DNA of 64,000 nucleotides from NCBI GenBank assembly GCA_016187515.1, contig JACPJN010000006.1:856-64855 (forward strand), in the 5' to 3' direction. Positions within the stretch are counted from its first letter, which is position 1, and every line of letters starts with the position of its first letter. A program made the translations under genes and the position numbers. The notes below the pieces were generated by a model. That model searched no databases. It was not told the origin of the DNA and saw only the letters and a program-made list of their open reading frames with translations. This stretch comes from Candidatus Uhrbacteria bacterium. Its GTDB lineage: Bacteria > Patescibacteriota > Patescibacteriia > GWA2-47-26. Shown here in pieces: positions 37,022 to 45,353 of the stretch.

Positions 37022-37633
37022 CTAGAGTACCGCGAGCAGCAGCACTAGTGCGAGATGCTCGTTGACCTCGCCTTCGCGCAGAGCCTCATCCAGCTCGTCT
37101 CGCTTGAGCCACATCTCGTTGTCGGCGAGCTCAAACGTGTGCGGGCTAACCCGCACTACCGCGTAGCGGTTCTCCTTGCCGATGAACCGTCCGCCATCCA
37201 TGGTGAGCCTCACCCACTCGATCTCCTTCCCGTCGAGAAGCTCTGCCCGCGGCGGACGCTTGCCTCCATGGGCTTGCTGCAGGTTCGACCACGAGGCCTG
37301 CAAAGGCGGCCCGAGAAGAACATGCCCGGGTTTGGTAGTATTGCCGGGCTCCTGGCGCGCCGCGACAAGGAAATACCCCAGATCAAACAAGGATTGAAAC
37401 AGAACTACCGCGCCCTCTCCGACTTCTTGGAGAAGCGGCTGATTCCATTCCCTTACCTCACGCTGCGCCACCACATGCACCCCTACGAGGTTGAAGAATC
37501 CGCCATCCGGACGACCGAATCGCGCTCCCCCATCCTGCAGACCCCAGGGCTGCGCTTCGGAGAGGGGAACCACCGTTGCGGACATCTGCGATTTTGCTCG
37601 CTGCTCGGCAAGCCAATCCTGCCAATTGGACAT
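37022..37633 (-). CDS. NDP-hexose 2,3-dehydratase family protein (single domain)
   Basis: GGFFNLVG, EWNQPLL, ARQEPGN, PPLQASWSN, DGGRF..K.NR; AAGGAG SD. Confidence 0.8.
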   Translation of the reverse strand: MSNWQDWLAEQRAKSQMSATVVPLSEAQPWGLQDGGARFGRPDGGFFNLVGVHVVAQREVREWNQPLLQEVGEGAVVLFQSLFDLGYFLVAARQEPGNTTKPGHVLLGPPLQASWSNLQQAHGGKRPPRAELLDGKEIEWVRLTMDGGRFIGKENRYAVVRVSPHTFELADNEMWLKRDELDEALREGEVNEHLALVLLLAVL

Positions 37634-37677
37634 TGTCTACTCCTTTTCTAGGCGTTTTTGCCTATGGCTACCATATA

Positions 37678-38607
37678 CTACGCCATGTTTTTTGTCAAGA
37701 ATTCTTTTAGCGCCTCTTGCCACGGTCGCAGAGGCGGCAGTTTGGTATTGAAGAGTACGACACGCGCTGGTCGGCGGGCTTTGCGGGGAAAGTGGTCTGG
37801 ACCGACTGGCACGACTTCCACATTGGAAAGGCCGGCGTATTCCAGCGCGGCTTTGGCATACTCATACCAAGTGCAGGAACCGGAATTGGTGAGGTGATAG
37901 ATGCCTGAGGGGTGTGGTTGTCGTAACCCCTCCTTCGCCCCGCCATCTGGCGGTGGCTCACCTCCCCTTACCCTAAGGGGAGAAAGACCGAGGAGAGTAA
38001 GTGTGGCTTGCGCTAAATCCTTCACATACGTCGGGCTTCCGGCTTCGGCATCAACCGCTTCCACTTTCCCCTTTTCACGCGCGATTTTAATCATCATTTC
38101 CGGAAAACTTTTTTTGCTCGTCTCCCCAGTACCGGGGGGGCCGAAAAGTTTGGAGGTACGGATGAGGTACCAGGGGGTAAGTGAGTAAGTTAGTAAGTGA
38201 GTAAGTAATTTTTGCTCTCCCAACGCCTTAGATTGGCCGTATACGGAAATGGGGCCAGGAAGATCTTCCTCATGGTACCCGTCAGTACGCGTACCACTAA
38301 ACACGTAATCCGTGGAAAAATGCACAAACGTCGCGCCGCACTCTGCTGCCGCGCGCGCTAAGTATCCTACGGCTTCGCCGTTGATCGCCATCGCCACCTG
38401 CGGTTCGTCTTCCGCTTTGTCCACGTTATTGTACGCCGCACAATTCAAAATTACGCTCGGCTGGAGCGCGTTTATTTTATTCATAACTGCTTGTTCGCTG
38501 GTAATATCAATATCTTCGCGCGTCCAACCCACCACGTCTTGGCCGCGCAGTTGCCTCATGAATTCTTGGCCCAGCATTCCATGACCTCCTATAATGAGGA
38601 TCTTCAT
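37678..38607 (-). CDS. rfbD: dTDP-4-dehydrorhamnose reductase
   Basis: GGHGMLG, NCAAYNNVD.AE, STDYVF, YGQSK, GIYHLTN; start ATG 38607. Confidence 0.93.
   Translation of the reverse strand: MKILIIGGHGMLGQEFMRQLRGQDVVGWTREDIDITSEQAVMNKINALQPSVILNCAAYNNVDKAEDEPQVAMAINGEAVGYLARAAAECGATFVHFSTDYVFSGTRTDGYHEEDLPGPISVYGQSKALGEQKLLTHLLTYSLTPWYLIRTSKLFGPPGTGETSKKSFPEMMIKIAREKGKVEAVDAEAGSPTYVKDLAQATLTLLGLSPLRVRGGEPPPDGGAKEGLRQPHPSGIYHLTNSGSCTWYEYAKAALEYAGLSNVEVVPVGPDHFPRKARRPARVVLFNTKLPPLRPWQEALKEFLTKNMA
37921..37983. repeat. In-frame palindrome monomer with nested mini-palindrome in rfbD
   Basis: Encodes SPLRVRGG-EPPPDGGAK-EGLR; nested CCGCCA-TC-TGGCGG. Confidence 0.85.
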
Positions 38608-38619
38608 AACGTAAACTTG

Positions 38620-38701
38620 ATGGCCACTGATGGTGACGGATGGCCACGGGATCACGGATCTGTGATCTGTGGCTATCCTGTCTTCTATCCGTGGCTATCC
38701 G
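38620..38701. repeat. Inverted tandem array (CACGGAT / ATCCGTG type) between rfbB and rfbD
   Basis: CACTGATGG, GACGGATGG, CACGGGAT, CACGGAT then ATCTGTG, ATCTGTGGCT, ATCCGTGGCT, ATCCG. Confidence 0.7.
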
Positions 38702-39714
38702 GTCTTAATATGCGGGTTCATGTCTTGCTTTCGAGTGCGTAGTGCCTCCACCCACTCGGTATTTTCCTGATACCACTCTACGGTTTTGCGCAAACCAGCT
38801 TCAAATTTTTCTCGCGGATACTCTGGAATCCATCCCATGCGCATGATTTTGGCAGAATCAATGGCGTAGCGGCGATCATGACCGGGACGATCTTGTACAT
38901 GGCTCATCAGCGACTCGGACTTGCCCAGCATCGTAAGCAGCATTCTCACCACCTCCAAATTTGATCGCTCATTATCCGCGCCAATGTTGTACACCTCACC
39001 CGGCACGCCTTTTTGCAAAAGCAACTCAATCGCGCTCGCATGATCTATGGCATGAATCCAATCGCGCACATATAAACCGTCGCCGTAAATCGGAATCGCC
39101 TCATCTGCCATGGCTTTGAAAATTGTTTGCGGAATAAATTTTTCCGGAAACTGATACGGGCCGTAGTTATTTGAACAATGCGTCACAATCACCGGTGTTT
39201 TGAAGGTTTGAAAGTAAGAACGGCACACGAGATCGCCGCCGGCCTTGCATGCCGCGTAAGGCATATTGGGCGCAAACGGGGTTTCTTCATGAAACAAACG
39301 CTTTTCATCAAGACGCAATGCTCCAAAAACTTCATCGGTTGACACTTGAATAAAAAGCGGCACCTTATATTTTTTAGTGGCTTCGCATAAAACCTGCGGC
39401 CCCATTACATTGGCAGAAATAAAATCCTTGAGTGAACCATGGATCGAACGATCCACATGGGTCTCGGCCGCGAAAGAAATGAGCGCCTCCGGTTTGCTCT
39501 GCTCCACCGCGCGATCCACGGCGTCTTGATCCGCGATATCGCCGCGCACAAGCTTATACCGCGCATCACTGCCAAAATCTTTGAGGTTCAAAGAATTGCC
39601 GGCATAAGTCAGCTTATCAAAATTCACCACGTCCCAATCGTGGTGTTTATTCAAAATATAGCGGATGAAATTGGAACCGATAAATCCGGCTCCGCCGCAG
39701 ACCAGGAGTTTCAT
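38695..39714 (-). CDS. rfbB: dTDP-glucose 4,6-dehydratase
   Basis: GGAGFIGSNF, DKLTYAGN, FAAETHVDRSI, STDEV, SNNYGPYQFPEK, DRPGHDRRYAID. Confidence 0.96.
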   Translation of the reverse strand: MKLLVCGGAGFIGSNFIRYILNKHHDWDVVNFDKLTYAGNSLNLKDFGSDARYKLVRGDIADQDAVDRAVEQSKPEALISFAAETHVDRSIHGSLKDFISANVMGPQVLCEATKKYKVPLFIQVSTDEVFGALRLDEKRLFHEETPFAPNMPYAACKAGGDLVCRSYFQTFKTPVIVTHCSNNYGPYQFPEKFIPQTIFKAMADEAIPIYGDGLYVRDWIHAIDHASAIELLLQKGVPGEVYNIGADNERSNLEVVRMLLTMLGKSESLMSHVQDRPGHDRRYAIDSAKIMRMGWIPEYPREKFEAGLRKTVEWYQENTEWVEALRTRKQDMNPHIKTG

Positions 39715-40118
39715 AGTGATGTCTTAATTTTTTCTGCCAGCGCAACCATCTCCCCTTCTTTATATTCCGTCTGCCCCCAAAGCGCCAGTCCGTCGCCGCG
39801 GCTTCGGGGAATAATATGCAAATGCAGGTGAAAGATCACTTGTCCGGCCGCGGCGCCATTGTTGACTCCCAGATTAAAACCCTCGGCCCCGGTCCCGGAG
39901 ACAACCGCGCGGGCAACCTTTTGAGCGGCCTCCATCATGGCCGAAAGCGCCTCGGGATTGCAATCCATCAGATTCTCACAGTGAATTTTAGGAACCACCA
40001 AGGTGTGTCCCGGACGCACCGGATGAATATCCAAAAATGCTACCACGGCATCATTCTCGTACACTTTCGCGGACGGCAATTCGCCGCTGATAATTTTGCA
40101 AAAAATACAATCTCTCAT
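39711..40118 (-). CDS. HIT family hydrolase
   Basis: DCIFCKI, GHTLVVPK, HLHLHIIPR. Confidence 0.95.
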   Translation of the reverse strand: MRDCIFCKIISGELPSAKVYENDAVVAFLDIHPVRPGHTLVVPKIHCENLMDCNPEALSAMMEAAQKVARAVVSGTGAEGFNLGVNNGAAAGQVIFHLHLHIIPRSRGDGLALWGQTEYKEGEMVALAEKIKTSL

Positions 40119-40124
40119 ATCGCG

Positions 40125-40232
40125 CAAGGCAAGTAAATCAAGCGAGACAAGCCCTGTAGTGAAGCTTCGCTCTACTACGGGGCAAGCAAGTCAAGCTGCT
40201 TGATTTACTTGATTTACTTGATTTACCTGATT
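40125..40232. repeat. Inverted 9-bp tandem array with nested CCCTGTAGT...ACTACGGGG palindrome
   Basis: AAGTAAATC AAGCGAGAC AAG [CCCTGTAGTGAAGC-TTC-GCTCTACTACGGGG] CAAGCAAGTCAAG ... (CTTGATTTA)x3. Confidence 0.8.
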
Positions 40233-41899
40233 CACTCGCCGAGCTTAACTAACTTATACAACCGGTGTCGTCCGGGCAATAGTATCATATCGGCCGCGTA
40301 AAGTCCAGCCCGCCTCCAGAATTGCTCATTTTCTTTGGCCACGTCCATTTCGTTTAGAATCGTCTCGTAATAAAGCGGATAGGGCCGGAGCTCGCGAAAC
40401 TGCTCGGCGGTAAGATCGCGAAATCGCGCGACCACTTCACGGCTGGGAAAAATAATCTTATCCGCGCGGTCAGTAAGAATTATGGAATCGGCCGGCGTAA
40501 GCGAAAGGATATGCTCGCGCACCTTGATATTTTCCCGCAGTACCGCGTTGAGCTCCACTAAATTTTCATCCGAACTCCACAACAGCGTCCGCGCTGAAAA
40601 AAACAAAAAGAAAATGCCAGCGCATACCGCCAGTATTTTTCCAAAACGTCGAAACTGAATTACCCGCAGTCCATAAGCGGCCAGCGGAGTCGTCAATAGA
40701 TAAAGCGGCAAAAAATAACGGGTAAAAGAAGTGCCCAGGGAGGGCAGTAGATCCAAGCGGTCGCGCAAGAGCCATGATCCGTAAAATTGGAGAAAAAATA
40801 GCGTGAGCAAAAGTACTCCCAAACCCCACCAGCGCATCCGCCGCGCGGTGGTACTCTTTCTTAAAAACAGCGCCGCTACACCGATGACGATAAGCAGCGC
40901 GTACCACCAAAACAACCGCGCCAAATATTCCCAGCCCACCTGCGCGGTGCGCGCCAGATCAAATCCAAACGGGGTTACCAGAATGCTTACGGTATCCGCG
41001 AGATTTTTTGGCTGAAACAATTCCGGGTACCCAGTCTTAAACGGACTGCCGTAAAGCCGGTTTTGGAGCGCGAGAATCGCAAAAATTGGAAATAATCCCC
41101 CGAGTGCCAAGGGGATAAGCGCTACGCGCCTGCGCAGCGCGCGCAGCGCAAACACCGCGAAAAATACCGGCGCGAGCCACAACCCTTCCGTAGGCCGCAG
41201 GGTCACGGCGACTCCGGCCATCAGTCCGGCCAAAAATGACGCGGCGCGTTTTTTCACTAGCGGCTGACTCGCGGTGGGATTTTCCTTAAGGATCTCTTGA
41301 TCAGCCGCCCCTCGCTCATGACGCAATCGAACCGTCCGCCCTAAAAAATACAAAGCCAAAATCGTCGTGCTGATAAACAGCGCGTGCGGATAAAAAGGTC
41401 TGGCTCCCCAATAAAGCACGGCGGGATGTAACCCATATAAAATTGCGGAAAACAATCCAATCGTCGCCCCAAAGATCCTTCGGATAAATCCGTACCAAGC
41501 GCCTACCGTAAGACCGGAAAGTATCGCGGTCAGGGCGAGCGTACCGGTCGTCCCCAGCGCTTTGGCCAGGATTCCAAAAAGAGTCGGAAAACTTATAAAG
41601 CCCACCGGAATAAAAGTATTCCCAGCCCTTTTTATGCTGCGCGGCGCTACAAAGGCGGGCGCGTCTTTAATTAAGGTCGGTACGCGCACGCTTGTGGCCT
41701 GCTGCATCTGCCGCGCGAAAAGCGCGTTGGCGGCCTCATCCGGTGAATTATAAATTCCTCTGGGAAATGACAGGGAAACAAAAAAAATAAAAGCGCTGTG
41801 GGCAAGCGCGACCAAGATAACCGCCGCCTTGGAAATTCTTCCGCTTCCCGCGCTGACAAGCGGCGGCTCAAGAGTGCTCAAGCGTTCGGGCATGGACAA
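40232..41899 (-). CDS. Polytopic GT-C-fold glycosyltransferase-like membrane protein
   Basis: Many TM helices; NSPDE after TM1; LRP.E, YGSPF.TGY, RYFLP. Confidence 0.7.
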   Translation of the reverse strand: MSMPERLSTLEPPLVSAGSGRISKAAVILVALAHSAFIFFVSLSFPRGIYNSPDEAANALFARQMQQATSVRVPTLIKDAPAFVAPRSIKRAGNTFIPVGFISFPTLFGILAKALGTTGTLALTAILSGLTVGAWYGFIRRIFGATIGLFSAILYGLHPAVLYWGARPFYPHALFISTTILALYFLGRTVRLRHERGAADQEILKENPTASQPLVKKRAASFLAGLMAGVAVTLRPTEGLWLAPVFFAVFALRALRRRVALIPLALGGLFPIFAILALQNRLYGSPFKTGYPELFQPKNLADTVSILVTPFGFDLARTAQVGWEYLARLFWWYALLIVIGVAALFLRKSTTARRMRWWGLGVLLLTLFFLQFYGSWLLRDRLDLLPSLGTSFTRYFLPLYLLTTPLAAYGLRVIQFRRFGKILAVCAGIFFLFFSARTLLWSSDENLVELNAVLRENIKVREHILSLTPADSIILTDRADKIIFPSREVVARFRDLTAEQFRELRPYPLYYETILNEMDVAKENEQFWRRAGLYAADMILLPGRHRLYKLVKLGE

Positions 41900-42485
41900 T
41901 TAAGCTAATAACACCAACGCCAATCGCGCTGATAAAAATCCAAAAGGACGCGTCTCGAAAGATACGCGCGCCGTCAATAATATGGATGAGCAAGAGCGCG
42001 ACTCCAATAACTTGCAGATTCATCTTAATCTTGCCCCATAAATTCGCGGCGCGCACGATCCCTTTATTCTTAAAATATAATCCGGCCAATATTCCAAAAA
42101 ATTCCAGTCCCAGCACAAAACCCGCCAAAACCATACCAAACTCCTGAAACACCAGCATCAATACCGCTCCGCCAATCAAAAATTTATCCGCCACTCCGTC
42201 ATAGATAATTCCCCACAGCGTAATCTGCCGCCGGGTGCGGGCCATCGCGCCGTCAATCGCGTCGGTCAGCGCTACTAAAAGGAAGGCCGCAAGTCCCGCG
42301 GCATAATATTCCTTAAGCAGCAGCCAAAACACTAGCGGGGCAGTTACAAACCGCACCATGGTAACGTGATTGGGTTTGACCGAATACGGAATAATCCGCA
42401 AAATCGTCAGAGCAAAGAGCTTATCGTAAAAAGTGAGTTTAATATTGGAATTAAGCGCTTCGGTCGAAGTTTCACTGCTGGGCAT
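41868..42485 (-). CDS. CDP-alcohol phosphatidyltransferase
   Basis: PNHVTMVR, TDAIDGAMAR....T.WG..YDGVADK. Confidence 0.92.
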   Translation of the reverse strand: MPSSETSTEALNSNIKLTFYDKLFALTILRIIPYSVKPNHVTMVRFVTAPLVFWLLLKEYYAAGLAAFLLVALTDAIDGAMARTRRQITLWGIIYDGVADKFLIGGAVLMLVFQEFGMVLAGFVLGLEFFGILAGLYFKNKGIVRAANLWGKIKMNLQVIGVALLLIHIIDGARIFRDASFWIFISAIGVGVISLIVHARTLEHS

Positions 42486-42497
42486 ATTCCTTATATT

Positions 42498-43886
42498 CTA
42501 ACGCGTTTGTATAGAATTGTAAACCCCGAGGAGTCGATCATAGTAGGCCTCCGGAGCAGACATCTTCGCGCTTTTGGCCGCGCCCTCCGCAAGCGCCTCC
42601 TGCTCTTTACCCATCATCCGCGTTAGTGCGGAAGTCAACGCTTGCGGATCACCCGGAACAACCAGAATTCCATTGACCCCATCCTCCACAATTTCCGGAA
42701 TTGCGCCGATCCGCGAGGCAATTACCGGAACTCCGGAGGAGAAACTCTCCACGATCGCAAGTCCAAACGTCTCGTAGGCGAGTGACGGTACGACCATGGC
42801 CCGTGCGCCTTTCATTAATTCGAAAAGTTCATGATGGGCGACAAATCCTCGGCAGATTATTCCGCGAATCATCTTGGCGGCCCGTTGCGCTTCTTGCTTC
42901 ATACTGCCCCGACCAATAATCTCCAGGCCTGCTCGGGGATTACCCGCGACAAATTGCCGCCAAGCGGAAATAAGCACGCGCAGACCTTTATAGGGTTCGA
43001 GTTGGCCAATAAAAAGGAATCGAACTCCCTCAACATTTCCCCCTCCCCTAACCCCTCCCGCCAAGGGAGGGGGATTTCGTTTGTCTTCCTCCCCCTTGAT
43101 GGGGGAGGATTGAGGAGGGGGTGAGGGGTTATGAACCACGGGATTCGGAATCACCGCTTTTTTCGCCTTTGGAAAAAATCCCGCGCGATTATATTCCTCC
43201 AGCACAAATTGCGAAGGCGCGACCACCGCGTCCGGGCCGCTTAAAAGTTTCCGACATATCGCGCGGTACAAACGCACAACCGGTATCGGATTGCGAATCG
43301 CGTTTTCTTTGCCCCACTCCATATATCCGCGCGGATGCAAAGCGCCAAGATCGTGTAAACCATGGAACCACTTGGGCGTGTAACGTGTAACGTGTAACGT
43401 GTAACGTCGGATTGCTAGCGGAACGGTGTAACCCAGGCCCTTGAGATTGCGGGTAACAATAAGGTCGGGCTGCTCCTCATACAAAATGCGACGTACGACC
43501 AAAAATGTATGCGGATTAAACATATCCACGAGATGCCAGATCAGGCGCAGCAGCGGCGGATATTTTGCAATACTAAAATAAGTAAAAAGATTCAGCGGAG
43601 TGAAACGAAAAATACGGATCGCGCTCCCACCCCTCCTAACCTCCCCTCGGGCAGGGGAGGAAATTGGATCGTTTCTCCCCCTCTCCGAGGGGGAGTTAGA
43701 GGGGGTCCGCATGGATTGCGCTTGCCACGCGCCGGCCAAACTTTTTCCCCCTTCAAACGGCGCGCCGGTAATCACGAACACGGCGTGGCCCGCCTCCGCA
43801 AACGCGCGTGCCGTGGCCTCCGCCACCATCTCTGCCCCGCCGCGCGCATAAGGCGGAAAAATACTGCTAATAATACAAACCTTCAT
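42498..43886 (-). CDS. Glycosyltransferase family 4 (in-frame repeat insertions)
   Basis: FPPYARGGAE, GQLEPYKG, ETFGLAIVES, GAIPEIV. Confidence 0.92.
   Translation of the reverse strand: MKVCIISSIFPPYARGGAEMVAEATARAFAEAGHAVFVITGAPFEGGKSLAGAWQAQSMRTPSNSPSERGRNDPISSPARGEVRRGGSAIRIFRFTPLNLFTYFSIAKYPPLLRLIWHLVDMFNPHTFLVVRRILYEEQPDLIVTRNLKGLGYTVPLAIRRYTLHVTRYTPKWFHGLHDLGALHPRGYMEWGKENAIRNPIPVVRLYRAICRKLLSGPDAVVAPSQFVLEEYNRAGFFPKAKKAVIPNPVVHNPSPPPQSSPIKGEEDKRNPPPLAGGVRGGGNVEGVRFLFIGQLEPYKGLRVLISAWRQFVAGNPRAGLEIIGRGSMKQEAQRAAKMIRGIICRGFVAHHELFELMKGARAMVVPSLAYETFGLAIVESFSSGVPVIASRIGAIPEIVEDGVNGILVVPGDPQALTSALTRMMGKEQEALAEGAAKSAKMSAPEAYYDRLLGVYNSIQTR
43039..43134. repeat. In-frame palindromic dimer
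   Basis: Encodes HNPSPPPQSSPIKGEEDKRNPPPLAGGVRGG. Confidence 0.85.
43624..43706. repeat. In-frame palindromic dimer
   Basis: Encodes TPSNSPSERGRNDPISSPARGEVRRGG. Confidence 0.85.
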
Positions 43887-43904
43887 AAGCGGCGCACGAC
43901 CATT

Positions 43905-45209
43905 TTAAATGGACTTATAGATCTTCTCCAGCTTGTCTCCGATTATTTTCCAATCGTAAAGCTCCACCGCGCGTTTGCGCGCCGCTATTCCCATGGCGTG
44001 AGATTTTTCCGGATTTTTAATAACCTCGCCAATTCGGTCGGCCAGCGCTTCCGGATCCCCCGGGCGCACCACATAGCCCGTCTTCCCGTCTTCCACGGTT
44101 ACGCGCACTCCGGGAAAATCCGAAACAATCGCCGGAACCCCGCACGCCTGGGCCTCGGCCGCCACAATGCTGAAACATTCCACGCGCGCGGTCGAAGGCA
44201 CGACCGCGACCGCGGCCTGGCGATAATAGTCCGGCATATCTTGATGATGCGCTAATCCCAGAAATTCCAAATGCGCTTCCGGAAACTGACATGCTCCCCT
44301 CTTAATTCCGCATTCCGCATTCAATACTCCTGCCACTCTCGCATGCGCTTCGTATTCTTTTTGCATCTTCCCGGATCCGATAATCCATCCGCGACAGGGC
44401 ACTTTGCGCTGTTTCAAAATCCGGACTGCCTCAATCAAGACATGCACCCCTTTAAAATAATGCGCCCGATCCAGGCCGCTGGCAAAAAGGATAATGGGTA
44501 CACTTTTGTCATTCCGAGCGAAGCGAGGAATCTCTACACCATTATCAGGCGTGGCGTGAGAGATTTCTCCACGCGCTCTCATGGGTCGCTTGGTCGAAAT
44601 GACGGATTGGGAGGTCGGGCGAAAGAGCTTCGTATCCACCCCGTTGGGTATGAATTCAATGGGCGGGGAGGCCGGCATTGCCGCGTATACTGAAGTCAAA
44701 TCGCACTCCCGAAAATAATCCTCGGATAAAGTAATAATCAAATGCGCCTGCTTAAAAATACGCGGCATGAGCGTTTGATTGTACAAACGAAAGATCATGC
44801 CGAGTACGCCTTCAGCCATCGCGTCCATCGTGTGGTGCACCACGATCTTGGATTTGGTGCGCGCCCGTAAATACGGAATGATCTCGGCGACTCCAAAAAA
44901 CGGGTAGAGCAGATGCACTGTGTCAAATCTGCTCAACTGCCGCGCCAAATTAGGCGCCCAACCGGCGTGGCCATAGCGCAGCACGGTATTGATAAAATTC
45001 ACTTTGACCTTCGCCGGAGTATGTGCCGGCCCCTCCGCGCTGCGCAGACCGGCCTCCTGCGCAATGGCCTGCTCCAGTCCTTTTGATCGCAGGGTAAAGA
45101 CCTCCGCAGTATAGCCCCGTTCCGCGATTTCATGAGCCATCCCGTGGGCCAACACTCCAATACCGCCGGGATAAGGAGGGTAGACACAAGACAAATACGC
45201 TATTCTCAT
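43905..45209 (-). CDS. Glycosyltransferase family 4
   Basis: YPPYPGGIG, IPNGVD, HYFKGV, ECFSIVAAEAQACG. Confidence 0.92.
   Translation of the reverse strand: MRIAYLSCVYPPYPGGIGVLAHGMAHEIAERGYTAEVFTLRSKGLEQAIAQEAGLRSAEGPAHTPAKVKVNFINTVLRYGHAGWAPNLARQLSRFDTVHLLYPFFGVAEIIPYLRARTKSKIVVHHTMDAMAEGVLGMIFRLYNQTLMPRIFKQAHLIITLSEDYFRECDLTSVYAAMPASPPIEFIPNGVDTKLFRPTSQSVISTKRPMRARGEISHATPDNGVEIPRFARNDKSVPIILFASGLDRAHYFKGVHVLIEAVRILKQRKVPCRGWIIGSGKMQKEYEAHARVAGVLNAECGIKRGACQFPEAHLEFLGLAHHQDMPDYYRQAAVAVVPSTARVECFSIVAAEAQACGVPAIVSDFPGVRVTVEDGKTGYVVRPGDPEALADRIGEVIKNPEKSHAMGIAARKRAVELYDWKIIGDKLEKIYKSI
44508..44603. repeat. In-frame 96-bp GTCATT...AATGAC element
   Basis: GTCATTCCGAGCGAAGCGAGGAATCT ... AGATTTCTCCAC...GGTCGAAATGAC; exactly 32 codons. 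Confidence 0.8.
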
Positions 45210-45262
45210 ATATCGGATGTCCCTATCTTAACATAAAAAATCAGGGCCTGACTAGCCCCTAA

Positions 45263-45353
45263 AAAATTCCAAATTACAAGCACCAAAACACAAAGAAATT
45301 ACAAGCTCCAAATTACAAATCACAAAGTTTGTGATTTGTGATTTGTAATTTGT
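45263..45353. repeat. Inverted 7-bp tandem array
   Basis: AAATTCC AAATTAC AAGCACC ... AAATCAC then TTTGTGA TTTGTGA TTTGTAA TTTGTTA. Confidence 0.8.
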
